Assembly: GCA_050084985.1 (NCBI GenBank)
Contig: JBITNC010000001.1
Location: forward strand, 11,098,001 to 11,162,000
Length of the DNA stretch: 64,000 nucleotides
Source of the DNA: Nageia nagi
Lineage: Eukaryota > Plantae > Pinophyta
Direction: 5' to 3'
A program made the position numbers and the translations under genes. The notes beneath the pieces were generated by a model. The model saw only the letters and a program-made list of their open reading frames with translations. It did no database searches and was not told the DNA's origin. Positions 14,601 to 29,600 of this stretch are shown here, piece by piece. Position 1 is the stretch's first letter; each line of letters starts with the position of its first letter.

Positions 14601-17600
14601 CAAAGGGTCTATCCCTTTTTATAAGAAAAATAGAAAGATTCCACCGCTGCTTTGTATGTAAAACAGTGCTCAGTGCTCTAATAATAGGTGCTACTAACAA
14701 TAGCCTCAACAATAATAGCTGCATTATAAAACAACACTCTAAAAAATAAGTGCTCCTAACAATAGCCTCAACTAATAATAGCTGTGTTATAAAAGAGCAC
14801 TCTAAAAATAAAAACATGCTAAAAATAGGAACTATAGAAGAACATCAGAGATCTAGTTATTGACTTCATCTCCTAACATTCTCCCACTATATATACAGGA
14901 ATTCTTTGCCTATCTCTCCCATCCAATGCTGTCATCATTACATTTACAACAAGCCCAAATAAGTTATGCACCAATCAAACTTCTCTCCATTGTAAATAGC
15001 AACATCCAAAGTGCCTCTTAAATGTTTGAATATCCACTTCATTGTAGTTCAATGCTCCCTATCAGGATTCGCCATGAACTATCTAACAACTCCCACTGTT
15101 TGAGCAATGTCCAGTTTGGTGCTCACCATGGCGAACAAGAGACTTCCTACTGCTAATGAGTTCAATATACAAAACATCCTTGTCTTCTCTACTAGGGCTC
15201 TTTTCAGAAGACAATATGATGTGTGGAGGAAATGGGGTAGTAACTGGTTTTACATTCTACAAATAAAAGTGTTGCAGAATAGTTTTTTAAATTTTTCGCA
15301 TGACTTCTGACTTAACCAGATCTTCCTTCCTATTTTGTCCCTATGTATCCTCATCCCAGAATTAAGTTTGTTGCTCCAAAATCCTTCATATCAAACGTCC
15401 TAGCAAGCTGAGCCTTGAGATCATTGATTTTCAACATGCTAGGGCCTGCAAGTAGCATGTCATCAACATACAACAGCAAAACAATGTAGCTACCATCATC
15501 AAACCTCTTATAATTCCACCAGAATTTTGGCTCTTCATGAAGGTGTCAAATATTTTGTACCAAATCCTTGGTGCCTGTTTCAAAACATACAGATATTTCT
15601 TGAGTCTGTAAACTAAATTCACTTCGACTCATTTTTCATAGCCCTCATGTTGATTCATATATATCTCTTCCTCGAGATCACCATGCAGGAAAGTTGTTTT
15701 CACATCAAGTTGCTCCAGCGTTAGGTTCTATGCTACAAGTAAAACTCTAATAGTAGTTAGCTCTACAATTGGTGAAAAGATTTCATTACAGTCTATACTT
15801 GAGTTATGCACCAAGGTTGGAAAAATCGGACTCAGGAACTACTCGGCCAGGAAAAGTTTAGAGAGTACTCGGCAACTTGGAGAGTACTCGGCAAAAACTC
15901 GGCACCAAAACTAGGCAAAAAAACCTCGATCATTTCAAAATATGAAAAATTACAAAATCGGAAAAAAATTACAAATCAATGTTGAAGCTCTTCAAGTTGA
16001 TACTCAAACTTCAAATCTTTCACAAACTGATCTATAGAGTGAAAAACTGAGCTAACACAATGGAATGAGAAGAATGAGACACAATTAGATAGTTAAAAGG
16101 CATATTTTGGTGTTTACTATCTTTTTTTCATGTTTTTCAGCTCTAATTTGATAGTAGCTGAGTAATTGCCGAGTAATCGCCGAGTAACTTCCGAGTAATC
16201 GTCGAGTAACCTCCAAAAAGGTGCAAAGGCTGAGTAATGACCCCCGATTACTCATTTTGCCTCTGAATCGCGGTTACTCATGAGTACTCACCGATTACTT
16301 GCGGATTTTCAAACCAAGTTATGTGCATAACCTTTTTCCACCAAGCAAGCTTTATATTCACTTTCATCCTTGTTCATATCTACTTTAATAGGCACAACCT
16401 TAGGTGTTTGTTGTTTCTCCATCCTTTGCATGGATTTTGCATTAACAAAAACATTTTGGCTACTAATTTCATAGTGGGCAGTAGGAACCCACAATCTATT
16501 CCCCTTTATTGTGTCTCCATAGCCAAGAAAAACACCATCTTTCACCAGTGCATGCAATAAACCAAACCCTCTTTTGTTGATCAAGAATGAAGTGCTCACA
16601 TAACTCTAAATTACAAGACTTAATCCCTAAAAACATCACTACATCTTGAACATTACCAGAAGTTGTTGTTGCATGGTTTATCACCGTATCACCACATAAA
16701 TGATACAAGGTCCCATAAGATTCTCCTTTTGCTACTATTGAGGCTCCTTTCATATATCTACAAGAATTGTTACCAAAAGCAATAAGATACCCAAGCTTAT
16801 CCATCACCTTGATGGAAAACAAATTCTTCCACAAACTAGAACATGTCGTACATCACATAACATCATTACTCTACCATCGTCCAACTTGATCCTTATGTCT
16901 CCTCTTCCCACAATTGCACAAGGATGATTATCACCCAAGTAAACCACACCTCCATCATAGGGCTGATATTTAACAAACCAGTCTCTACATGGAGACATGT
17001 GGAAAGATGCACTTGAGTCCAAAACACAAGTTTTTAAAACAAATCTATTGATACTAGTATAGAGAGCCTCACATGTTAGCATCTCTTCCACTATATTGGC
17101 CTAAGCTAATGGTTGATTCTTCTTTTCACCATTGTGTTCTCTCTTCAATAGCCAATAGTCCTTTTTGAAGTGTCATGGATTCCCATAGTGCCAACACTTC
17201 CTTTTCTCCTTCTATCCTTTTAATTGTGATCTTCCTCTCGCAGCTAGGGCTTCATTGGTGGAGAGTTCCAAAGACGATTTCCACCTCAACTCTTTTCCGA
17301 ACAAAGTGGCTAACACATCATCGGTATTTAGAATTCCAGATGATGCATTGTTGAAGGTCATCACCAAATGATCTCAGGTGTCCAGAAGAGAACAAAGCAA
17401 AGTGATAGCTCTCTCTTCATCCTTTATCTTCACATTGATAGAGTAGTTTACTAATCAGAATATTAAACTCATTTAGATGATCTACTATAGTTGAGCCCTC
17501 CTTCATCTTCAAACTATAGAGTTGTTTTTTCAAGAATACCTTGTTCATAGCTATTTTAGTCTCATACAACTTCTCAAGCTTCTCCCAAAGCGCTTTTGTA

Positions 17601-20600
17601 GTCTTCTCTTCACCAACATTGAACAAGACAAAGTTTTCTAGGCAAAGACAAATTGTGATAACCACCTTCCTATCCAACTTTGCCCACTCATATGTCATGC
17701 TATTGAGCTTATTTACTATCCCTTTCAAGGATAGGGCTTGGTCGTTCTAAACCAACAAATACTCCACCTTCATCTTCCATAGGAAAAGATACTGCCATCA
17801 AACTTCTCAATCTAGAACTTGGTTACATCTTTTGGCATTGTTATAGCTCCCATTCATACAAAACCCTAAACGAGTTTAAAGAGAACCTAGCTCCGGCACC
17901 AACTGTTAGAAAATCAGCACTTAAACTGTAACAAGCAGCAGAAAAATAACTCAAAAAAACACAAAGATTTGACCTGGAAAACATTGCAATGTGCAAGGAA
18001 AAACAATAGGGCAAATGCTAGCTTTAGTCTTTATTACTTCCCAACTTTCACCATATACAAAGACAAGGGGTCTATCCCTTTTTATAAGAAAAATAGGAAG
18101 ATTCCACCGCTGTTGTGTATGTAAAGCAGTGCTCAGTGCTTTAATAATAGGTGCTACTAATAATAGCTGCACTATAAAGCAACACTCTAAAACTAAGTGA
18201 TACTAACAATAGCCTCAATTAATAATAACTACGCTATAAAACAACACTCTAAAAATAAGTGCTACTAACAATAAACTCAACTAATAATAGCTGAGCTATA
18301 AAACAGCACTCTAAAAATAAAACATGCTAAAAAAAGCAACTGTAGAAGAACTTTAGAGATCTGGATATTGACTTCATCTCTTAATATTTTCTTTCAGCAT
18401 AAAACATTCTTGAAAATCAATGTTCCACTTGTATGCATTTGAGTGAGATTTCAGCATACATTTGGAAGTCAATTAAAATGTCATTAACGCTTTCACATTT
18501 ATGTAACTACATTGTGATATTTGTTGTAACTACAACCAGATACATGAATTCTTAAACCAAGATAACCAAAACAAGCTTGACAATTTTGGATTTTATCAAG
18601 CATCTTAATTTTGTTAGAAAGAATCATTTAAATCCATAAATGAAATATATTCATCTTTGGATAAACTTTGATAGGTCCTGCAAGCCATTGGGTTTAAAGG
18701 ACATTAAAGACATCATTCATTCATTCAATACATAATTAGGAGTCTACACAACATTTCTGACATCCACTTCAATCGAGCAGCTCCCAAATTGACAATAATG
18801 TCTTCCTCTGACTCTCTTATCCTCAACATTCACAGGATTGAGCACACAGCATGGGTCCCTCCCATTCTCATAGGGCGCTCCTATAATTTGATGTTCTATG
18901 CAACCTTCTAATTTCTTACAAGATCCAGATTTTGGTTAGCATTGTAATAATGGGATTTCACCTTATCTTTTTTAAATTGACATCTTTGTATTTATATGCT
19001 AATAGTATGCAATTATTATTGATATAATAAACCATAGTTAGAAATAATTTTCTTTTAAGAGTCAACCTGCATGATAATATGTTGAAGAAAATTGAAGGGT
19101 CTGATCCATATCCATGCTAACTCAAGCGACATAGCATCATGCACTCTTTGTTTTGTAGCCATCTACAAAATTTGGAAGGAAAACACTTATGAAGACTAGA
19201 ATATATTTTTAGGCTTAAACCTCACTAGTACAATAAAGGAACTATAGATTTTGAAGATGTGCAGTTCTGCAACTTCCAATATTTGGGAGTTTTGACCCTG
19301 TTATTGGTGCAATCAATTCGGAAGGATTTGGTTCAGACCTGCATGGACACTAGGCAATCCACCGTAAAAAGAATTCTAGCATAGAAGGTAAAGATAGTTA
19401 TAGATTAGAAAGGATAATGTTAGAATACCATAAAGAAAATACTGCAGAAAAAATGAAATTGAACATAGCAATAGACATGAAATTATAAAAACACAAAATA
19501 GCTGTTATGACTTCTGTATAACTGCATAATTAGCCTTAATATTATTGTGAGTTTGCTAAAAGATGGCAATAGGGTCATAGAGATTAGTACAATAATCATA
19601 TCTATATATAAATAGAAGCATAAGCTAGACCCATAATCAACATATCGTCATTTATCTAATTAGGTATCTTTGCATACTTGAGAGGTCGCTCCCTTTTGAA
19701 CTGGCAATAACTGTGTGGATCTCTTATTGATTATTCATTACAAACTTCTATTACTCATTGTTCTAAATTTGGCAACTGCACATAATGTTCTATTGTTGAT
19801 TGGTTTCAAATATTATTATATTACTATATGTTGTGGGTGGATACTTTGATGATTGGAATTATGGAATTCCCATGTTATTTATGTTATTTGTACTAATTGA
19901 AATTTGAATCATAACAAGTGGTATCAGAGCTTTCAATCTTTGGCTACCTGTTAAAGTAGCAAAGAGCGAGTACAAAGGCATTATTACGCTACAAACATGC
20001 CAAACTACAGATCTAATTGGGTACAAAATCTTTTGTAATTCTTTTTCTTGTAATTTTTTCCTACAATCCCACTTTTAGATTTGTCAAACACCCATCAAAA
20101 GATACATGATATTAGAACTATATCATCAAGACGATCGCAACAGCATGTCTCATCAAGTAGAGTCAATACCGAAATTTCACCATCGGGAGATCTATGCCAT
20201 TAGATTCATCTCATAAAGATGATCACAATAGTGTGCATTCTCAACAATAACCCCAGCTGAACTGAGTTCAAAAACCTAGATCCAGTATTCCAAGAAGTTT
20301 CCATAAAGAATCACAATTAATAAGGTCACCTACATCCCACATATTGGTTTCAAATGAAGTATGAAAAAAGACGACTCCATACCACACAAAAAACTCAAAA
20401 TGGAATAAACCCAAAAAAAACTTTGATAGATCCAAATCAAGAAGCATCAATGAAATTTATTCTTGATAGTTGGATAGATGTGAGGATCAGCAAAGAAGCA
20501 GATAAAAAAGATATAAGAAAAGGAATAAAGAAGAAGACATAGAGCATATGGCACCAAAACTAGCAGCATTAATGGCACCTAACTTACAATCAACAATCAT

Positions 20601-23600
20601 TACAGCGATGAGCCAACTTGCCAATATGTGTTTTCGAAGGGACAACTACCAAGAGGGAAAAGAAAGATCAGCCAGAAAAGGAGGAACAACACCAAAAGAA
20701 ACCTGGCACCACTCAAATGAAAAAGGCATGTAAATATACGAAAAGGTTCGACTCTTCTAATGATAAATCTGATTCTAAAAATAATAAGAAATTTTGTCCA
20801 CCATGGCCTTACAAAAGTAAACCTCCTAAGTTGCATATAAGAAACTTTGATAAGAAGGATCCAAAAGAATGGCTAAGAATAATGGAGCCATCTTTGCAAT
20901 CTTTAGTGTTCAAGCACCAAGAAGAGTATTCTTAGTAATCCACATATTTGGAAAAGGATGCATGGCAAGCTATTCATTTGAAATTGAAGCAATAAGAAAC
21001 AACATCCTCTTGGAAAAGATTCCACCAATGGCTCTTACAATGGTGTGATACTATTAACAATGGAATGCATATGGCATGTTTATTTAATCATAGACAACTC
21101 AAAGATTTTGCAACTCAATTTGTCAAATAGATCGACAATATGCATAACATTCCAAGGGAGGCACTTTTGTAAACTTTTGCTCAAAAACTCAAAACAGAAT
21201 ATGTTTGTGCTAGCTGCTAAAGTGAGTGAAGATTGTGAGAAAAGAAAAGGAAGGCTTTTAACTTATCTTGTGAAGGAAAAGGAAAACAGAAAGTTGAAGG
21301 CCAAAGCTTCTTTGAAAGGCAATAACGAAACATATAAAAGCTGTGAAAAGCTTTTGGGACTTCAGAATTTATTGACTGATGTAGAGGGTAAAGCGGATTT
21401 TGTAATCAACACATTTGATAAACCTTGTGTAGAAACCATATCAGTATTGGAAAGTTTCAAGCTTAAAATAATTGATGAAAAGGAAAATTTGTTGGATTGG
21501 GATGGCATTAAATCACAGATAGATTATTCTTTGAAATCTCAACACCTGGGCATAGATGTTAGCATGGTAAATTTTGGGATTTACTTTCAAGCTATGATGG
21601 AAGCTATTGAGTGGCATCAAAATTTGAAGAGATATTTAAGGCAGCTTGAATCAACGTATGCAGCTACTGATGGATACAGAATCGCCATCAGGTTTGCAAG
21701 TTACCAAGTCTAGTTACTTTGTGAAGGAACCCAAGAAGGGTATAAAGAGAATGGTTGATGTATTGTGGAAATGATGTTTTAATGTTCTTTATCTTATATT
21801 GTAAATTTTGTACTTAGTCAATTTTGTAAAGGCGAAGTCTGGAGGATGATAAGCCTTGTTTTTGCAATCAATGTATCCTCCAACTGTCCATCTATTTTTG
21901 TGAAAACGTAGGATTTTATAACAACTTTGGGAGACTATAAATACCCAATTTTGCTACTCATTTTGTAACTTTTAGGGACGTGAAAATTAATACAAAGCTT
22001 GTGCATATTTTGCTAACATCTGATGTCCATGGAATGAATTTTATATTCTAATTTGCAGGATTTAAGGTTCATTTTCAAGTTATTTATCATTGCATCTAGT
22101 TGCAGGTGTATTGTTGATGACGAAAGCAACTTTATCATCTTTTGTTTTCTAGTATTAGGGAGCAGAATGTGGTAAAGAAATCTGATATCTTTTCAAAGAA
22201 TGTTCTAGGAAGGAATATCAGCAATGGGAATTCATTTCACCTTCACACAGAGTTAAAATTATATTTTGTTGCCGAGTGTATTGAGCTTTCATGAGATCAT
22301 TCTGAGAACTTGTAAGATTAGTTGTTAATAGTTGCAATAATTAATTTCTTGGTTTTTGGAAAAGGTGTCCCTTTGTGAATTTGATAAGCTTAGAGTAGTT
22401 GGATTTCTGGATGTAAGTTATAATATATGCAAGTTAACAGCATGGAATAGAAGCTTTAAGAGACGCATTTTGTGATTAAACATAGAGTGAAGCTAAGCCT
22501 TGTGCTTCTTTTGAAGATAAGCATCTTTGGAAATATGATTCTGTGAAGCAAATTATTCAAATTTCATACAAAAGTACTGAAATCCTACCAATGAGGACCA
22601 CCTCATCAAAAGGAGGGTTTAGAACCTATGTACTGTCCCAGTTTTTCTGTGAAAAGAAAAAATGGTTAACAGGTCACATGTGTTCACCCATATATTTTAT
22701 TGTAAATGTGAAATAAAGTGGGTACATAACATGCCATCCCCCTTAAAAAAGCTTCATATTCAAATCTTGAATTATTAAACTGCCAACAAAAGTCCTAGAG
22801 ACATTCCCATGTTGGAACTTCTAGATAGAGTCCTTCCCATTGGATCAGTACGTTGGTGATCGTCCTAGAATGAAGTTGACATTCACATTGGTCAAGGATA
22901 ATTGTCAGTTTGATAAGCAAAGAAGCTTCCTCGTATAGTTCTAGAAATACTTTTTGATGTAATCATTACTACCAATTACCCTTTTAAAGCAAGGCACATG
23001 AAACATTTTGTGGATCTTAGACGTGTGGTAAGTCTAGCTTGTATGCAAACTCACCAATCCATTGACTTTGTATGGCCAATAAAACTTTGAAGCAAGTTTT
23101 TGACGATCCCTTAATTTTAAGGATGTCCGCTAAGGTTGAAGCCATGAGAAGACCATATCTACCACTTCAAAATGTCGCTCCAATCTATGTTGGTCTACAT
23201 ATTTGATATTTCATTTTGTTTTGTGCCATAGCCATTTTCCTTAAAGTTTTGCAAGATGGTGGTGCAAGTGGTTAGCACAAGATCCACCACCTCAACCTTG
23301 GAGCTACTAGGTAGGTATGACACCATGGATGATGAAGGTTGGCCATACAATGTTTCAACTTGGAGGAAGAGTGATAGGTGTTGTACCACGGATCCATTCC
23401 ATCCAAACCTTGGAGAACCAAGTATCATTGACCTATTCTAATTAGACCTCCTTTAACCAATCTGCCATGGGAAAAGACAAGGCCCATAATTGTTCGTGAG
23501 AGAAGACATTGTCCACCACACTTTCCTTACTCTTGTGGTAAGTGATCTCATATTGATAACCAATGAGCTTGGTAAACCATTTCTACTAGTCTTGAGAGAA

Positions 23601-26600
23601 GACTCGATGTTCCAAAAAGTACTTTAGGCTATGATGGTCGATTTTGATTTCGAAATACCATTCCAAAAGATATGGGCACCACCAAGTGATTGCCCAAACA
23701 ATTGTTAGCATTTACTTTTCATATGTTAATTTGGCAAGTTTCTTGCCAATCAAACCCTTACTCATATAGGCTGGTGAGCACCCTCTTGCTTGGCGTTGTA
23801 GGCATCATTCTCCATAACAAACATATTGGTGAAGTCCAATATTGCAAGCATTAGGATGTTGTACATGGCAAGCTTCAATTGATCAAATGCCGACTCATTT
23901 ATGTCCAAGTGAATGAGTTACTTTTTAACATGGCGATTAGGGGGTGGCTCTTTTTACCGTAGGCCTTGACAAACTTGAAATAATAGCCCATGATGCTCAA
24001 AACTTTCCATAAGCTTTTCAAGGTGTGGGATTTTGTCTATCCCTTCATTGCCTCTATCTTTTTCAAATCTACCTATACATCTTGCTTAAAGATGATGTGA
24101 CTCAAATGCTCAATTGTCTACACCCCAAAGGCACACTTAGACTTCTTAACATAGAGTTGGTTGTCTTGAAGCGACTATAATGTGGTGTTAAGGTGCTAAA
24201 TATGGTCCTTCCATGTTGCTATTAATTAGGACATTGTCGAAGAATACCAACACAAAATTGTCAAAGATAGGGCTTCAATACATGATTCTCCAAACTTTGG
24301 AAGGTGGATGGGATACTAGTAAGGCCAAACAACATCACTCAAAACTTATAATGACCTTCATGTGTTTGAAAGACAATTTTAGAAATGGCATTCGTGCTCA
24401 TGTGGATATGAAGCTACCTTGAACAAAGATACAATTTAGTGATGAATTATGCTCCAAATAGTTCATCCATCAAGTCATTAATGATCGGAATGGGGAATTT
24501 ATCCTTAATGATCAATCCATCCTTCTTTCTCACTAATTAGACTGAGAAGGGGAGAACTTTAGGTAGGATGAACCCAACATCCAACAATTCCTTCACCATC
24601 TTCTCAATTTCATTCTTTCGATTATATACGTACCTATGAGGTCTGGTGTTTGATGGAAAGCTTCTTGGAATCAAGCGAATATAGTGGTCATGTTGCTTGA
24701 TTAGGGAGGGCTGAATTGGTTCTACAAATACCAAATGATTTGAATGTTTAGATAAAGTTCCACCATTGAGGTTGAGGCTAGCTACATTTGACATAATTGT
24801 GCCACCACTTCTTGATGACCCTTCTTGATAAGTTTCTCCATGCAATTTGAGTAAAACATCTGCAAGGAATTTGCATGTATACCCCTGAGAGTGATATTTA
24901 CCTTAGGCTTTAAACCCCATCCATAATTCGAAGAAACCCCACAATATTGGGCGAGGGTTCTCAACCATTAGCAACCTAGGACCAAATCACATTCCCCTGA
25001 CTAAAGGGCATAAAAGTCGAATTGTAACTAGTGATCCCCCATGTTAAGTCAAGCATTGAAACATTTGCTCCCACAAAGTAATTTTTTTATTTTATTTTAA
25101 ATATTGATCTGAAAATTATTACTACCACAAACAAAGCAATTGACCTTCTTTGCCAACCCAAGGTCAATGAAATTATGTGTGCTCCCTAAATCTAAGAGCA
25201 TGAGCACCTTGTGCCCTTTGATATACCCCACCACATTCATTGCTTGTGTAGACATGAGCCAAGGCATGTACAAAAATCTTTGAGATATCCTACGTCCTGT
25301 TGGTAATTCAATCAGTTCTACTTCAAACTATGTTATACTTTCCTCATTGGTTATATCACAGGATGGGCTGGCTTCCACATCGAATAGATATATTCTTTGT
25401 TCCTTACATTCGTGACTTGAAGACTATTTTTTCATCACAATTGTAACAAAGCCCTTTAAATCTCTTTATTTCCATTTCATCAAATGATAATCGCCTTACT
25501 ATTGGTGCTTTAGGCATAGTCAAAAAAGTTTTTGCCAATTTGTTGTGGAAGGGTAGTGGACGAATAGTCCTATATTGAACATTGAACTTTTGTTTGACAA
25601 GCTTGGCCAAGCCTACCTCTTTCATCCAACTATTAGTGTTGAAGAGTTGTACCTCAACCTTGATATCTTCTTGTAGATCTTTGATGAAGCAACTCTTAAA
25701 AAGTGTAATGACCCCATTTTTGACATCTCACTCATTTCGTTATCATGGTGTATTTAGTGGGCTTCATGGAGTGGGACACCCTTCTTCAAGATAGATAGGA
25801 GTGATTTTTCATGGTTAAGAGTGATTTCTAATGGAATTGGAGCATACTTAATATTTTTGGGGCATTATCTAGTGTTTTGTGATGTAATAATGTGTATCTG
25901 GTAACCCAGGATAAAGACACCCCATTTGGTGTCATTATTTGCAATTTCAAAACAGGAATAAAGCATTCTGGAAAGTCATCCAAGGTAAAAGAGTTTTCCT
26001 CCCAAGACAAATCAGCCATGTCCCGGTGTAATGGTCATTTGCATATTTATACCCAAAGCGTTTTAGTTGGAGAAGCATCATTCAACATCAAATCTTCTTC
26101 TTTGAGGAGTGGTTGGATCAACCTTCTTCTTGCCTCTTGTGGACGTAAACCCCCTTGGTTTCGGAGGGCTTAGGGACGAAAACCGCTAGGTCATTCTTTG
26201 GAGGATTCATCTAGAGCTTCATTGATACTTCACATTTGAGATTGCGTATTTGGGGAGTCTTGGAGTGCAGCGCCCATCTTTAGGAGGCATCTTGGTGCAT
26301 CTTGTACCCTTCTTCAGCCTTCCAAGTGGTTTACCTAGCCTTGGAGAGCCAAGGACATATTTTTGAGTATCTTCATACACTTGTTTCAGCCCCTAGGTGG
26401 TTTGCCCACTTTCTAGGGTGCCCTACTTGCTCATTTGATATTCGTACTTGTTCGTTATGGTGGATGAAGTTGATTGATACTCAATTCTGATTTTTGTGGC
26501 TCATGTGCATGCATTTTCAGTATTTGTTTCAGATCTGAAATTAAGGCATAATTTGTTTAAATCTGAAATGTTGATGCATGAAGTTGAATGAACTTGAAGT

Positions 26601-29600
26601 GGCTTGGTGAATGAAAATGGTAACTAGGGCATCATTTGGCAAATCTGAAATTTAAGAGAATAATTCGTGCTTTTTCTTAGTTTGGATCATTACAAAAAGC
26701 TATCTAGTAGGTCAGTTGAGCAGTTGACCATCTTCTCAAATGTCATTAGGTAATCCTTAACGATACCCATTTGGTGTACTTTGGTCAAAGCACTCGTGAA
26801 ATCCTCAAATTCACTTTGCTTGAATCAGGTGACGATTTCATCTATGAATTGATTCCAACCTACTGTGTGATGCATCTTCCACAACCACTATTACCAATTA
26901 CTAGCCTCATGATTAAGAAAAAATGTTGCCAAGTAAAACCCTTGGTCATATTGAGTTTGATGAAGTTCAAAAAATTGTTCAGCTTCAATCAACCAACTTT
27001 GCGCATATTTCCCATCAAATTTTGGTAATTGAGCTATATTTGCAAAAGTATTTCTACCAGAAGCATTCTTTTCCCCCAATCTCTTCATCAAATTCCCATT
27101 TGCTGTCTTTTTGTTTTATGAAGATACTTCATGCACTAGATTATCCAGGTCACCTTGAAAACCACTTACCACGTCCATTATGAAAATCAAGCTTACAATC
27201 GAGGATGGTGATTTGGGAGAGTTGTTCCTCAATTTGTTGTAAGTAAATTTGCATTCTTGTTTTAGCAAAGCATAAATTGAATTTATTTTTGTTTGGAAAA
27301 AAGTTATTGATATCTTATACCAAAATAATTGTTTTGTTGTGAGGATTGCGATGGGCTAAGTACCCCATTAGGCGTTTTGGGTTTGTTGAAAAAATGTTAC
27401 CATAGTGTTATATTAGAAAAAGCAATGTCTCAAGAATCACAACGGCTAAGTCACCAATAAGTGATTTTTGGAGTTTTACATTCTTTTTTTTACTTTAATT
27501 GTGTTTCACAAGCTCATGCTGAAAGATTAAATCAAGTAGATAGGGTACTGCTAGATTTTGGAGTATGCCTCATTTATAAACCTTCGACATACAATAAAAA
27601 TTGATAAATAGTATTTAGCAAAATATTTCATGATACTGACCAAGGAGGAAGGGTTTTTTGCTCCTAGTCACACTAATTGTAATTTCTCAGCTACATGAGG
27701 GTGATCTTATCAGGAGTTGTTCATGATGCACTACAAAAAACAATAATGCCAACAAGTTTCCTATAGCTAGGTTTTGGTACATTTCCCAAATAGATCTCCT
27801 AATGTAAAAAAGGTGTGTGGGAGCTTAAAACCATGCATGGATTCAATGAGGCTTTGGTATTTGTGCACAGTTTAGTGCACTTCACTTCACATACAACTTT
27901 AAGGATTGGCATGCTTAACCAATGATGATCGATCATTTATGATATTTGAAAACCTTTGATACAAAATTTCTAGCCTATTACTTATGCAAAAAGAAACGAA
28001 AATACAAGAAAGCAAGTTGCAAGTGGGAAAACAGGTTTACATAAATTCAAGCCCTAAAAGGATCTTTGAGATCATTTACAATAATACTTCAAGGTTTGGG
28101 AACTTTGGCCCTGTTATTGGTGTAGTCAACTTGAAATGATTTGGTTTGTACCTGCATAGACACTAGGAACTAGGCTATAAAAAAAAATTCTAGCATGGAA
28201 GGTAAAGATAATAAAGATAGCGTTAGATGCCATACAAAAACCATTGCAGAAAAGTAAAATTGAATATACTAATATAGTAGTAGACATAAAATGATAATAG
28301 CGGTAAATAATTTCTCTTATATTTCATAGACCGCTTCAAGGAGGAAACCTTCTAATACGAGTAAACTTAATAAAAATTATATGTTAACTCATGGCTTGCG
28401 TTCATCATTTTATATAAGATAAATATTTAAGGTAGTGTATTCTCTTAGACACATTTCTTTACATATGCTCCAACTTCCCTTACGTAATATTCCTTACATC
28501 CATTTTTCTTCTATACCTATATTCTCTTAAAATACAGTATGACATGTATCCCATCCCTTACAATAGTCAATGGCATATATTCACCCGTATATTCTTTTAC
28601 AAATATGACACAAAGTAAAGTGGATATATGACAAAAGGTTATCATCGACCTTTAATTTAACTTTTGAAGGCCTAGTTAGTTACATAATAATGCTTTGAAG
28701 TTTACAAACTCAATTTCATACAATTTACCCTAGCCATTAGCAATAACCATCATAATGTTCATCCAGATTTTGTCCTTTGTAACAAAATGCACTATAAATT
28801 ATTTGACCTTAGAAGCAACATATGGTCCTACTTTTATTTATAAGCCTGGTGTAACAAAATTATATATAGTGAGACCTCTAAGCTTAAAAATCATTGTTAC
28901 CATCATGGTATTAAGATTGTGAGTTTGGAGAAGACTTCCAAGACCCTAGCTGAGATAGAGCTATCACGCTCGGTAAGCAGAATCTTGTGCCTTTCCAAAA
29001 CTATTTACCATAATCGATCTCAAATTCTAATCATGTTATCACATATCAACAACTAATGCTTCTAAAGCTTTGGAAATTATTGATTATTGTTCTGTCTTAT
29101 GGAACTTTCTCTGGAAGATTCTATGGGGTTGCATCATTTTATAAAAATAGTAAAAAATGAACATGTTTGTATGACTTTGGATCAACCAAGTGTAGGATGA
29201 GCTACTCCTTGCATTTAAGGAGTATATTGTTATGGTTATTTCCCATATTGGTCATTGGACCTGTAAAAACTTAGTTAGTAAATGTTGAAAGGAATATTTG
29301 ACAGGCTTGACATTGCAAGCAATATGCCTTCAACATATGAAAACGGTAAAATAGCATGGCAAACAAAAAGATTTCATATCTGTTCTGTAAAAATAAATAT
29401 TGTACTAAACATGCTTATACCTATGACATTTACTTGATAAGTTTTTGTACTCTAACGTCACTTTCTTGTGCCTTCATGTTCTACGTGTAAGAGAGGAAAC
29501 AATAACATGGAAAACAAAAAGATTTCAGATCTGTTCTGTGAAAATAAATATTGTACTGAACATGCTTATACCCATCACATTTACTTGCCAACTTTTTGGA

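Larger units (their letters stand above)
19154..28633 (-). mobile_element. Old Ty3/Gypsy chromovirus-type element in TatB intron 2, with nested insertions
   Basis: gag ([20 protein letters not shown] ~27000; FKSCFI; [10 protein letters not shown]), protease ([12 protein letters not shown] ~25180), RT/RH 24700-23450, integrase/chromodomain tail 23400-22760, PPT 22732-22746. 5' LTR ~27967-28633 matches the split 3' LTR pieces ~19154-19502 and ~22670-22731. The left boundary is approximate. Confidence 0.8.
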
